Of a stretch of DNA of 64,000 bases, positions 22,655-31,980 are shown piece after piece. Numbering within the stretch: position 1 is the stretch's first letter; every line of letters begins with the position of its first letter. Position numbers and translations under genes: made by a program. Source of the stretch: a virus; the IMG/VR virus record IMGVR_UViG_3300037423_000701, positions 1-64,000 of that record. One strand, written 5' to 3'. Under the pieces are notes generated by a model. It ran no database searches, was not told the DNA's origin, and worked only from the letters and a program-made list of their open reading frames with translations.

Positions 22655-23101
22655 TCAAGCGGCGACCGGCTCCGGTTCATTTACCGGCTTGGATCCTCCC
22701 TGAATCGCTTCGAGCCTTTCGAGCCTTTCGAGCGCTTCCTGTAGGTCTGGTCTTGTCTTCTCGATCAGTTCCAGACGGTTCTTCAGGCTTTCTTCCTCTG
22801 AGTCATAACCAAGTAGCTGGTCCCTCAGAGAGTCGATAGCTTCTTCCAGGCCGCTCTTCTGCCGAATGATTCTCTTCGGCTGCTTCTCACCCGGCCTTAC
22901 TAGACCCTGATCTTCAAGGATCTGGCGGACGCGCCTGCGCGTGACATACACGGCGTTGGTCGAGATTCCGAGTTCCTTTGCAATCTCTGACGCGCGCATG
23001 GGCTGGTTGTAATCACCGAGGCCATGGGTCATTTCCCATACCTGACGCTGGCGGTCGGTGAGGGGGACACCCGAGATATCCGGGGTGCTTGTGATGGTCA
23101 T
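22655..23101 (-). CDS. HTH DNA-binding protein (sigma-70 region-4-like)
   Basis: LTDRQRQVWEMTHGL...MRASEIAKELGISTNAVYVTRRRVRQIL. AGGAGGAA RBS. Confidence 0.65.
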   Translation of the reverse strand: MTITSTPDISGVPLTDRQRQVWEMTHGLGDYNQPMRASEIAKELGISTNAVYVTRRRVRQILEDQGLVRPGEKQPKRIIRQKSGLEEAIDSLRDQLLGYDSEEESLKNRLELIEKTRPDLQEALERLERLEAIQGGSKPVNEPEPVAA

Positions 23102-23184
23102 TGCGTGGTTCCTCCTGAGGTTGACGGGGGGAGTTTGTCTGGTCTTTCCCCTTTCGGTTGGGGACCTAAACCTTCGGGGCCGAA

Positions 23185-23212
23185 CTTATCACCATAACCC
23201 CCTCCCTGTCAA
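23185..23212 (-). promoter_or_regulatory. putative leftward promoter
   Basis: In minus sense TTGACA (23212-23207), 16 nt, then GATAAG (23190-23185). Confidence 0.5.
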
Positions 23213-23309
23213 GGGTCTTTCGCAAAAACTTAATGTCGCCCGAATTTAGCCACATTTGGTCTATATGTATCAGCTTGAATTCACTTAGTATCAACTTAGG
23301 AGATTAAAA

Positions 23310-23549
23310 GTGAATCAAGGTTCGAACGTAAAACGGCGACCTTTAATTGAAGGCAGGCGCATGCGCTGCCCCCGCTGCAAAAGATTACATGACATTTTGC
23401 AGTATGTACCATTAATGGAAATTGAAGAGTTCGCTACAGAGACAAATCCTATCTACAAGTGTCCTACCTGTAGGTGGATGTTCTCTCCCTCGCCGCATAT
23501 CTTAGAGGTATTTGCCCCTACCGATCATAATGAAACCAGAAAATCTTGA
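23310..23549 (+). CDS. zinc-ribbon protein (79 aa)
   Basis: GTG start after AGGAGA. CPRC...CPTC. Confidence 0.5.
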   Translation: MNQGSNVKRRPLIEGRRMRCPRCKRLHDILQYVPLMEIEEFATETNPIYKCPTCRWMFSPSPHILEVFAPTDHNETRKS

Positions 23550-25017
23550 TACACTAGAAACAAATAGTTACGAGGAAATTTCTCCTAGTGCTAACTATAG
23601 GCAGGGAAATGCCGAAACTAATTGTGGTGGGTGTGCATTTTTCGACAATGGTGTTTGCGATGTATGGAACGCCAAGGTAGAGCCTACAGGTGTTTGTAAT
23701 AGTTATCAGCCATTATCAGACCTTGCTGGTGACGGCGACCAAGGAAACGGCGTAGGTATGTCACAAATTGATGAACTTTATTTTGCTGACGGTAAGGTTG
23801 ACTCTGAAGACGATCTTATCTGGAAGACCGTCCTACGCACGGGTACATGGCGTTATCGCCCTGGCGCTGGTCAGCGCCCCGTGCCGAAGCCGCTCAACGT
23901 TGTAGCTGGCAACTCCCAGGACAATCATACCTCCATCGGCTTAGCCGACATTGTAAAGAGCTTTGAAGATGGTGCTGTTGAGCATGTGACCATTCCCTTG
24001 TCACATCAAGACAAGGTAGATGAGAATACTGGCTTTATTAAAAGCTTAAAGATTGAAGAAGATCCTGAGCGCCCTGGTCATCACGTCCTTCGCGCCGGAT
24101 TCAAATTCACAGAGGACGATGTAGAGCAGAAGGTGAAGAACGGCTCCATCGCTAATACCTCTGTAGGTCTTTTCTACGACTATATTAGAAAAGAAGATGG
24201 ACGTAAGTTCCCCATCGCTCTTGCTCATGTGGCACTGACAAATCATCCCTGGATCAATGGTATGCAGCCATTTGGCATGAGTGAATCAGAGAATTTAGAG
24301 ATAAACTCCCTAGAATTTTCTGAAAAAGAGGAAAATAAGATTGAAAATGCTACACTTATTGGTACATTTAATGGTAATGAATATTTAATTCCATTGAAGT
24401 ACGCAAGTACCGCAACTGGAACTGTAAATTTCACAATGACTTCTTCGGAGCATTGGATTAAGAAAGAAACAAGTGAGGAACAGGTTCCTCGGAATTCTAA
24501 AAAGGGAGGGAAGATGCCCAAAAACCTAGAGGAATTGGAGGGGCTTGGCCTCGCGGACGATGTTGCCGAGAAGGTAGCCGAGCTTCTTCAAAAGAAGGAA
24601 GAAGAACTTACTGCTCGGGAAACCGAGCTAGAAGAGCTTCGCCAGCGCGAGACTCAGCTTGCTGAGGATATCCGTAAGGGCGAAGTTGAAAAGCGCATTG
24701 ATGAACTAAAGGATCTTGGCCTGTCGGATCAGCCTGGTTTTCTTAAGGTTGTCCGTCAAGTCCTACTTTCCGACACAGGTGAGAACTCCCTAACTCTTTC
24801 TGAGGATGGAAACTCCAAGTCTGTGAGCTTCACGGATGTAGTCAATGATCTTATTGACGCGCTTCCAAAGAAGGAAGGTAAGATCAACTTCGGTGAACAG
24901 ATTGAGTCTGTTACTACCGATGAGAAGCCACCGGCCGATGCCGCTGGCGAAAATGAAACTGCCGAGCAGCGTCTTGCTAAGGCACATGAGTTTCTTTACG
25001 GGAAATCGTCAAAGTAA
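23512..25017 (+). CDS. capsid maturation protease / scaffold fusion (start uncertain)
   Basis: Sits just upstream of the decoration and capsid genes. The central region (ALAHVALTNHPWI) resembles Mu-I-type prohead proteases. The C-terminus is a charged coiled coil. Confidence 0.55.
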   Translation: MPLPIIMKPENLDTLETNSYEEISPSANYRQGNAETNCGGCAFFDNGVCDVWNAKVEPTGVCNSYQPLSDLAGDGDQGNGVGMSQIDELYFADGKVDSEDDLIWKTVLRTGTWRYRPGAGQRPVPKPLNVVAGNSQDNHTSIGLADIVKSFEDGAVEHVTIPLSHQDKVDENTGFIKSLKIEEDPERPGHHVLRAGFKFTEDDVEQKVKNGSIANTSVGLFYDYIRKEDGRKFPIALAHVALTNHPWINGMQPFGMSESENLEINSLEFSEKEENKIENATLIGTFNGNEYLIPLKYASTATGTVNFTMTSSEHWIKKETSEEQVPRNSKKGGKMPKNLEELEGLGLADDVAEKVAELLQKKEEELTARETELEELRQRETQLAEDIRKGEVEKRIDELKDLGLSDQPGFLKVVRQVLLSDTGENSLTLSEDGNSKSVSFTDVVNDLIDALPKKEGKINFGEQIESVTTDEKPPADAAGENETAEQRLAKAHEFLYGKSSK

Positions 25018-25034
25018 AAGGAAGGTGGTGACAG

Positions 25035-25427
25035 ATGCCAATGAACTATGGTCGTAGCGCTCAGTTCTTCGATAAGGAAGTGCTGAAGTACGGTGTCAGT
25101 CTTGACGGTGTACCCGTTAAGTCTGTCGTGCTCGACGCTACAGATGCTAACTGGAGCTTTACAGCCGATACCCGCAACGTTGCACCAGCGGGAACGATCT
25201 TGAAGCTTTCTGCAACAAACCCGACACAGTACGTCAAGTACAACGGGTCCGGAACAATCGCAGGCATCCTCGCCCGTCCGGTCGATCTTATCGCTCAGGT
25301 CACCGCTGCGGACGAAGCTGCTCCGATGTTCTACCACAACGCCGTGTTTGCCACTAGGGCCATCGTTGGTTTCACAACGTATGCCTCGGCGTTGGTTTCG
25401 ACACTGACATTCTGCCGATTTGAATAA
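25035..25427 (+). CDS. head decoration protein (lambda gpD-like) candidate
   Basis: 130 aa, immediately upstream of an E-type capsid gene. GTIAGILARPVD...MFYHNAVF pattern. Confidence 0.5.
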   Translation: MPMNYGRSAQFFDKEVLKYGVSLDGVPVKSVVLDATDANWSFTADTRNVAPAGTILKLSATNPTQYVKYNGSGTIAGILARPVDLIAQVTAADEAAPMFYHNAVFATRAIVGFTTYASALVSTLTFCRFE

Positions 25428-25444
25428 GGGGGTGAGAGGCTAAT

Positions 25445-26497
25445 ATGAGCGCACCATTTGATATTTGGGATCAAGCAGTATTAACGGACTTGATCCGTCG
25501 TCCGCTTCAAACACAGTTTGAAGATCAGCCGCGTCTTGGTGACTTGCTGGCTCCGATTCGTCCGATCCAGTCTCGCTTCGCCAAGCTACGCGTTGCTCAG
25601 GCTCTCGCCTTCGGTAAGGGCCAGTTCAAGGCTCCTGACGCTACTCCGGCTCTGTACACACCAGACCAGACGTGGCGCGAGGAAGTCATTGAGCTTGCGT
25701 TGCTGGAAGAAATGCACCGTATCTCGGGTGAGGATTGGCTACGGCTGAACTCTACCGACGAGATTGTGCGTCAGTCTGCCGGTGTTGAACTGGTTGACCG
25801 AGGCCGCATTCTACAGCTTCGTAACGAGCGCCTTACTGAGTACATGCGCTGGCAGGCGTTCCAGGGTGAACTTACGATCACCTACCCGTCTGGCTCTTCG
25901 CAGTACATCAACTACGGTCTGCCTTCGGGGCACAAGCCGACTGTATCGACCCTGTGGTCGAACACCGGTTCCGCTGACCCGATTTCGGATATCCGTAGCT
26001 GGTCGAACCAGTTGGCTACCTCGTCCGGGTACTTCGGTATCAGACTCCATATGTCGTCCACTACGTATGACTACCTCGTACGTAACACGAACATCAAGTC
26101 TTACCTAACCGCGACGAACCGATCCATGTTGATCCCGACCAAGCAGGACATTCTGACCCTGCTCCGTGACGGTACCGACATTGTGATCTACGACAACGGC
26201 TACCGCGACGAGTCCGCTGGCTCGAACCGTGGCACGCCTGACTCGCTGACGCGCTTCCTGCCTAACGGCAAGGTGCTTATGACCACCGATTACTCCATCG
26301 AGGGCCAGAACATCGCGGAAACGCTGGACGGACAGGTACTCGTTTCGAGTGGCTGGAACTCCGTGTCGATTCGCCAGGGTACGCAGTCGGAAGTGATGCT
26401 GGATCAGATGAGCAAGAACCACTTCTTCCGAGTGGCTTCGGCTCGCATCCCGCGTCTGATTTACCCCGAGTGCTTCCTGTGGGCGACTGTCGCCTAA
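25445..26497 (+). CDS. major capsid protein (lambda gpE-like family)
   Basis: 350 aa. Position after the scaffold and decoration genes, family-like termini, and a strong terminator downstream. Confidence 0.75.
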   Translation: MSAPFDIWDQAVLTDLIRRPLQTQFEDQPRLGDLLAPIRPIQSRFAKLRVAQALAFGKGQFKAPDATPALYTPDQTWREEVIELALLEEMHRISGEDWLRLNSTDEIVRQSAGVELVDRGRILQLRNERLTEYMRWQAFQGELTITYPSGSSQYINYGLPSGHKPTVSTLWSNTGSADPISDIRSWSNQLATSSGYFGIRLHMSSTTYDYLVRNTNIKSYLTATNRSMLIPTKQDILTLLRDGTDIVIYDNGYRDESAGSNRGTPDSLTRFLPNGKVLMTTDYSIEGQNIAETLDGQVLVSSGWNSVSIRQGTQSEVMLDQMSKNHFFRVASARIPRLIYPECFLWATVA

Positions 26498-26512
26498 GAA
26501 GTGAACTGATAA

Positions 26513-26541
26513 GGGAGGGGCCTTAGGGCCTCTCCCGCTTT
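26513..26541 (+). terminator. terminator or attenuator after the capsid gene
   Basis: GGGAGGGGCC-TTAG-GGCCTCTCCC (10 bp, one G-U in plus sense), followed by GCTTTC. Confidence 0.55.
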
Positions 26542-26578
26542 CAGTGTAAGAGTAATAAAAGAAAAGGAAAATACGATC

Positions 26579-26866
26579 ATGCCTTATAAGGTGCTTATCC
26601 CGGAACTTTCTGTGTTGGAAAAGATTGGTGAGATTGTGGATCGTGACGGCTCGCACGTTGCCTGGGAGCATCAGACCACGCTCTATAAGCAGGATGAGAT
26701 TGTTCCTGATTCGAAGATTTCCCCTCTACTAGTCAAGGCTTATGACGAAGAGGATGAACACACTATCAGCGTGTTGGAGTATGTAGATGAGGAAGTTGAA
26801 GTAAAGCCTGCGCGTAAGCCTCGTCCCCGCGCCAAGGCCAAGGAAGAAACAGTAGTTACTGACTAA
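26579..26866 (+). CDS. hypothetical protein, acidic/basic C-terminus (95 aa)
   Basis: ORF in the virion module. Confidence 0.55.
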   Translation: MPYKVLIPELSVLEKIGEIVDRDGSHVAWEHQTTLYKQDEIVPDSKISPLLVKAYDEEDEHTISVLEYVDEEVEVKPARKPRPRAKAKEETVVTD

Positions 26867-26880
26867 GTAAGGAGTCGAGC

Positions 26881-27327
26881 ATGGCGGTCACAGGTTTTTG
26901 GTATGGAAAGGCTTTAGAAGGCCAGTGGGGCACGACCGCTGCTCGGCGCGTTGATTTCGCCACTGACACGATCAAGGTCGCGCTCTGCACATCCAGCTAC
27001 GTGCCGGATCAGGACGCGCATGACTTTTTCAACGATATTACGAACGAAATTACCGGCACCGGCTACACGGCTGGTGGTGCGACCTTAGGCTCCAAATCTG
27101 TTGCATATACCGGCGGCTCCAACACCCTAAGTTTGGACGCCGCTGATACGCAGTGGACGACAGCTTCATTCACTGCTAGATACGCCATTGTCTATAAAGA
27201 CACCGGTACATCCTCTACCTCGCCGTTGTTGGGATACCTCGACTTTGGCGCGGACCAGACCGTTAGCTCCGGTACTTTCACTATTCAATGGCACGCTGAC
27301 GGTGTTCTCAAAGTTGTAGCTTCCTAA
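26881..27327 (+). CDS. hypothetical virion-module protein (148 aa)
   Basis: AAGGAG RBS. Called from synteny. Confidence 0.6.
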   Translation: MAVTGFWYGKALEGQWGTTAARRVDFATDTIKVALCTSSYVPDQDAHDFFNDITNEITGTGYTAGGATLGSKSVAYTGGSNTLSLDAADTQWTTASFTARYAIVYKDTGTSSTSPLLGYLDFGADQTVSSGTFTIQWHADGVLKVVAS

Positions 27328-27339
27328 GAGGTAAGGCAA

Positions 27340-27750
27340 ATGGCTGGCCGCTATTACCTCTCGCCAATTATAGGTTCAGGGGCAGAGGGCGACTCATATC
27401 GTCCTCTGCTTGCTGATATTTTGTTGGCCAATAAAATATACAGCGGCTACTCCTGCTCCATTCCAACCGACGACAAGGGTTTGCCGGTCTACACCACGGC
27501 GTTGGTCTACTCGATAGATCATCCCGCGCTGACAGAAAACCCAGATATCTGGGCGTTGCCGGACAAGGAAGCGTGCTGGACCGAACTCAATAAATATGAG
27601 CGGCGTGCACACGAAGAAGAAATTACCGACAAGTTTGGATTAACGCTTATTCCGGATCCGGGCGATACGTGCTACACGGTTGTCGATGAGCTTGGTAAGA
27701 CTCTCGACGGACAAAATTTCACTCCCGGGAAACTATGGGTTGATGTGTAA
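27340..27750 (+). CDS. hypothetical virion-module protein (136 aa)
   Basis: ORF with a GAGGTAAGG RBS. Confidence 0.6.
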   Translation: MAGRYYLSPIIGSGAEGDSYRPLLADILLANKIYSGYSCSIPTDDKGLPVYTTALVYSIDHPALTENPDIWALPDKEACWTELNKYERRAHEEEITDKFGLTLIPDPGDTCYTVVDELGKTLDGQNFTPGKLWVDV

Positions 27751-28439
27751 TGGCCACCTTCGTAAACGACACATTTTCTACCGGCACGAGCGGTACTCAA
27801 ATTAACGCTCGCACGGGAGAAACTGGCGCTACGTGGACGTATTTCACCGGGGTCACATTCCTTTCTGGCCAAATTACAATCGGTAACCCGACTGGTTCGA
27901 TTCGCTCAAACACCTTTGATTCAGCGCTCTGTGCGTATGCCAGTGGCACGCCCGCTTCGGCCGAATACGATTTGACGGGCTCGATGGTGTGGCCGTCAGG
28001 CACCCAAGACGGCACCAGGGGAGGGTTGGTCGGGCGTCTGGATACTGCTGCCGAAGCCTTCTATAGAACCATCGTTAGTGTGGCTGGTAGTGACTTTAAC
28101 GCCATTGAATTCACCAGAAGACTCAGCGGATCAAACACCGACCTAGGGACCGCGTTTGTCGCTAACTGGACGAACGCCACACCGCTTCCACTCCTGTTGG
28201 AAGTAAGAAACGCTTCTAAAAAGGTATATTGGAACGGTTCGTTGCAATTGTCAACCACAGACAACGCTGTGACTGGTGCCGGGAAAGTCGGCATCGCCAT
28301 GATGACAAACGGCGGTATCGCTCCAAGTGATACGCAGTCAATTAGAATGACTACCTTCACCGCAGCAGACCCAGTATTGCCTACACCAGCATTGTTTCCA
28401 CGCTATAGGTCTACCTATCGCGGCCTTGTTATGAGATAA
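27750..28439 (+). CDS. hypothetical beta-rich virion-module protein (229 aa)
   Basis: TAATG coupling. Thr/Ser/Gly-rich. Confidence 0.6.
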   Translation: MATFVNDTFSTGTSGTQINARTGETGATWTYFTGVTFLSGQITIGNPTGSIRSNTFDSALCAYASGTPASAEYDLTGSMVWPSGTQDGTRGGLVGRLDTAAEAFYRTIVSVAGSDFNAIEFTRRLSGSNTDLGTAFVANWTNATPLPLLLEVRNASKKVYWNGSLQLSTTDNAVTGAGKVGIAMMTNGGIAPSDTQSIRMTTFTAADPVLPTPALFPRYRSTYRGLVMR

Positions 28440-28457
28440 TAGAGAAAAGGATTAATT

Positions 28458-28931
28458 ATGGCAGGAAGAATTTACACAGTCTCATTCACAGAGGTCGCCG
28501 TCACCGCTGCTGTTGACCTCTTCGAAATCACTCCGGCGGACGATAAGCCTTGTGAGGTTATTGGCCTCTTCCTGTCGCAGTCGTCTGACTTTGGTGACTC
28601 GGCGGCAGAGCTTTTGCCATACACCGTGGTACGTGGCCACACGACCTCCGGTTCTGGCGGTGCCGCTCCGACTCCCAGGCCTGTTGACCGCTCGGGTGCT
28701 GCTGCTGGTTTTGCGGCCGAGACTAACAACACCACAGCCGCCTCTGTCGGTTCGACAGTAACGCTTCACGCTAGCGCATTCAACATTGCCGTTGGTGAAG
28801 CTTTGTGGTTACCGGAAGGTTGTGAGTGGGGCGTAACACAGGCCGACACTATACTAGTGGTGAGATTGACTTCGGCCCCGGTGGACTCGCTTGATCTTTC
28901 TGGAACTCTGTACGTACGCGAACTAGGATAG
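28458..28931 (+). CDS. hypothetical virion-module protein (157 aa)
   Basis: ORF with an AAAGGA RBS. Confidence 0.6.
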   Translation: MAGRIYTVSFTEVAVTAAVDLFEITPADDKPCEVIGLFLSQSSDFGDSAAELLPYTVVRGHTTSGSGGAAPTPRPVDRSGAAAGFAAETNNTTAASVGSTVTLHASAFNIAVGEALWLPEGCEWGVTQADTILVVRLTSAPVDSLDLSGTLYVRELG

Positions 28932-28934
28932 GCA

Positions 28935-29603
28935 ATGGCGTACCCGCGCCGGAGGGCTAAGCGGTTTCGGCCCATAGCCCGTAGGGCGTGGGTATCGCCG
29001 CCTACCAATCCAGTTATTGCAGCCGCAGTTGCTACGGCCACTGCCTCGTTCCCTACGCCGACGATACTTATTGATATCCCGGCAGCGGTAGCAACGGCAA
29101 CGGCTTCAGTACCTACACCTGATCTTACGTTTAGCCCGACCATTGATGCAGCGGTGGCAACTGCCACGGCGTCGATGCCGTCTATCGTTCCGGTAATCAC
29201 GTTGGAGCCTACGGTCGCTACCGCTACGGCCTCCTTCCCTGCCCCTGTTCTCAGTATCAGCCCGACTATTGATGCCGCCGTTGCCGTTGCGACCGCCTCT
29301 GTCCCGGATCCGGCAGTCGGGTCAGTTACCACCTTAACGCCGAGTGTGGCAACCGCGACGGCCTCCTTCCCCACTCCCGTATTAGACATACAGACAGAAC
29401 TTAATATCGACGCCACCGTCGCGGTAGCAATCGCTTCCATGCCAACGGCTCAGGTAAATATAAGTTCTTCTGTACAAGCAGCAGTTATGTATGCACTTGC
29501 CACTATGCCCGTAGCAAATGTTTTTGAAGGTTCTGGTACACTAGTTGGTGTAATTAAGAATAGGCTAACTAACGGTCGCTTCCAGATTACTAAGGATAAT
29601 TAA
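28935..29603 (+). CDS. tandem-repeat protein (about 8 copies of AAVATATAS-x-P-x-P)
   Basis: Basic N-terminus followed by 21-22-aa repeats with divergent synonymous codons. Confidence 0.6.
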   Translation: MAYPRRRAKRFRPIARRAWVSPPTNPVIAAAVATATASFPTPTILIDIPAAVATATASVPTPDLTFSPTIDAAVATATASMPSIVPVITLEPTVATATASFPAPVLSISPTIDAAVAVATASVPDPAVGSVTTLTPSVATATASFPTPVLDIQTELNIDATVAVAIASMPTAQVNISSSVQAAVMYALATMPVANVFEGSGTLVGVIKNRLTNGRFQITKDN

Positions 29604-30439
29604 TGCCATTAAGCCTTTATGTAGGTAATAGAAGTCCAAGTGTTGTTGACCAGTTGAGAATTGCTGGTGCAGTTGTCGATCTTACTGGCGCATCGGTGAA
29701 ATTTCGCATGCGTCCAATTAACTCTCAAACCTTAAAGGTTGATGCTGCCGCTTCTATCACCGATGAAGATAATGGTCGTGTGCAATACGATTGGGCCGCC
29801 GCTGATGTTGATACCGAGGGCGAATTTATTGCATGGTTCAACATTACTCTGCTTTCGGGCAAGGAACAGGACGCACCAGAATTTCTTGTCATCATCGACT
29901 CTCACGCACCCGGTAACGGCGCGTCACAGGGGGAGATTTCCTTCCAGACCAAACAACTTATGCCTTCCACATGGGATAGGTTGAGTAATGATGCTCGATA
30001 TGGCGATAGGTTGTTGCAAAATCGCATTGACTATGTGAAGTACAAGCTTTTCGCCACCATCGTCACGCCTGCTGCTGAGGCCACGGTCTACAACCCTCTT
30101 CTCTTGGACTACGCAGCCAAGGAAGTCGCCCTACAGATCATTCCTGCCGGTATTGAGTATTGGATGACTCAACCTGAGTCTATTAATACTACCGGCACGT
30201 CTGAGTCTGCTGGATACCCGGATCGCATCGACGCCTTGAAGCGCTTACAGGAATGGCTACTCGCCGAGGTACGTGAACTTCGGCCGCTTTTCCCTGACAC
30301 CTTCACGGTTCGCCGCAAGGGCCGCTTCCCCGGAGTCAGTAATAACGACCAGGGTGTCATCACTCCTAATCCTTCTGAGTTCGGTGAGCCGTTTGATGAG
30401 GGTATTCCTAAGAACCTCCCGTGGGGACCGGCCTTCTAA
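29603..30439 (+). CDS. hypothetical virion-module protein (278 aa)
   Basis: TAATG coupling. Called from synteny. Confidence 0.65.
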   Translation: MPLSLYVGNRSPSVVDQLRIAGAVVDLTGASVKFRMRPINSQTLKVDAAASITDEDNGRVQYDWAAADVDTEGEFIAWFNITLLSGKEQDAPEFLVIIDSHAPGNGASQGEISFQTKQLMPSTWDRLSNDARYGDRLLQNRIDYVKYKLFATIVTPAAEATVYNPLLLDYAAKEVALQIIPAGIEYWMTQPESINTTGTSESAGYPDRIDALKRLQEWLLAEVRELRPLFPDTFTVRRKGRFPGVSNNDQGVITPNPSEFGEPFDEGIPKNLPWGPAF

Positions 30440-31053
30440 TGGGAGTGTTATTAGCAGAAGAACTTGGTATGGAGCGGTTCGCGCGTGAGGTTCTCGTGCT
30501 GCTCGCTGCCAACCTCGATACGGAACTAGACACACAAGATGCTAAGTGGAACACGCTAGATGAAGAGCTAGCGATTGCATTGGGCAAAGAATATATCGCC
30601 TGCGCAAGTGACAAGGTTTTAGGTGAAAACTACGTCATGGGCCACAAGCCGTCGCTGATCGAAGCGCCCATCGAAAAGTATCCAAACATTGCAGTTATGA
30701 GTTACGAATCTTTCCCGTCGTCAGACCAGGGTGATCAATATTTTGGTGTAACTACTTCACTGTTTGTTGAAACCATGGTGATTGACGGACCGTACAAGGA
30801 AGGACTTCCTGGCCAATTCAGTGAATTTGGCGAGGATTTAGTAAACAGAAAAGTACAACGTATGACTGAAGCTATTAACGCAATTGTCGCTGCTAATAGA
30901 ACGCTTGGTGGAGTTGCCTTTGAAATTGGTACGCCGCCAAGAGTAAGAATTAGTGATTGCTTCAGGAGAAAAGAAAATACTGGTAGCGGCGCTGATTATT
31001 ATTGGCAGATGGCACGTCTTGAATATACCATTAATAAGATAGCAGCCTACTAA
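30439..31053 (+). CDS. hypothetical virion-module protein (204 aa)
   Basis: The ATG at 30439 overlaps the upstream stop (TAATG). Confidence 0.6.
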   Translation: MGVLLAEELGMERFAREVLVLLAANLDTELDTQDAKWNTLDEELAIALGKEYIACASDKVLGENYVMGHKPSLIEAPIEKYPNIAVMSYESFPSSDQGDQYFGVTTSLFVETMVIDGPYKEGLPGQFSEFGEDLVNRKVQRMTEAINAIVAANRTLGGVAFEIGTPPRVRISDCFRRKENTGSGADYYWQMARLEYTINKIAAY

Positions 31054-31063
31054 GGAGTATCAG

Positions 31064-31312
31064 ATGAGCCGATATAAATACGTGGGAAATAAAAATCCCT
31101 GGGATGGAACAGTAGTGTTAATCCTAGGACAAGACGACCAAGGAAATGAAACATCGGTCGGAATCGGCGGTGAAGCTGATATTTCTCACAGCAAATACGA
31201 AGAGCTTAAAGATAGATTCCACTTTAAACTAGTAAAAGAACCTACTAATACTAGACCAAATGTGGGTAAAAAGCCGAAAGAAACTGTCGCTAACCCGGCA
31301 GACAAGTCATAA
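31064..31312 (+). CDS. hypothetical protein (82 aa)
   Basis: ORF after a GGAG RBS. Confidence 0.55.
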   Translation: MSRYKYVGNKNPWDGTVVLILGQDDQGNETSVGIGGEADISHSKYEELKDRFHFKLVKEPTNTRPNVGKKPKETVANPADKS

Positions 31313-31379
31313 TAATAGTAATTGTACTGTTGCCACCTAGAGAGGGGTGATTTAAATTCCTGATTTCCACAGAACATAT

Positions 31380-31964
31380 GTGAACGACGAGTCGTTCATT
31401 CGTGGTGCCGCTCGTCTGCTCTGGGCTGGCAGCACAGTCACGTTCCCGACGAGCATCGGATCGGTAGTGAACCTATCCACCTTCGACGCTATGACGGGTT
31501 GGAATGAGCTTGGCGCTACTAAGACGGGTATTCAGATTTCGGTGAACAACACCGAAGAGTCCTTCGACGTAGACCAGATTAACGGTGTAATTGATACCCA
31601 GCCTACCGATTGGGACGTTTCTGTCCAGACAGCGCTTGTCGAAATGACATTGGAGCGCCTACAGGTTGCGTGGGAAGGTTACCCGGTAGCTACCGATTCG
31701 TCTCCTACTCCAAGCGAGAAGGTTGTGCATTTCGGTCTTCCGACTGACTACACCGAACGTAGATTGGCCGTCCTGTTCCGCCGCCCGAACTCCAAGATCC
31801 GTGCCTTCCTATTCCGTCGCGTGAACCGCGCGCCGCAGGAGTCCACGATTACGTTCAACAAGACGGGCGAGCAGCAGTCGGTACCGGTGCGGTTTAACTG
31901 CATCCCCGACCTGTCTGTGGCCGAGCCGCTACAGCGCTTCTTCACCATCCGTGACCAGATTTAA
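31380..31964 (+). CDS. major tail (tube) protein candidate
   Basis: 194 aa, upstream of the chaperones and tape measure. ELGATKTGIQISVNN is like tail-tube proteins. GTG start. Confidence 0.55.
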   Translation: MNDESFIRGAARLLWAGSTVTFPTSIGSVVNLSTFDAMTGWNELGATKTGIQISVNNTEESFDVDQINGVIDTQPTDWDVSVQTALVEMTLERLQVAWEGYPVATDSSPTPSEKVVHFGLPTDYTERRLAVLFRRPNSKIRAFLFRRVNRAPQESTITFNKTGEQQSVPVRFNCIPDLSVAEPLQRFFTIRDQI

Positions 31965-31980
31965 GAAAGAGGTATGACCT

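Noticed and set aside
22587-22663. 77-nt tRNA-sized segment on the minus strand ending in ...AGCGACCTCCA, with a TTCGAAC-like element.
   Set aside because: The acceptor stem pairs at only 6 of 7 positions. The T-stem GTTCG/CGAAC leaves a 6-nt non-canonical loop. No D-arm or anticodon arm folds, and the segment overlaps the 3' end of CDS 22655..23101. At best it is a decayed tRNA remnant.
22706-22732. Triple 9-bp tandem repeat GAGCCTTTC / GAGCCTTTC / GAGCGCTTC.
   Set aside because: It lies inside CDS 22655..23101 and simply encodes LERLERLEA. It is not a CRISPR or regulatory array.
28766-29440. 224-aa minus-strand ORF antisense to the repeat protein.
   Set aside because: GCN-rich Ala codons keep the complementary frame open. 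It has no start context and it interrupts the co-directional virion operon.
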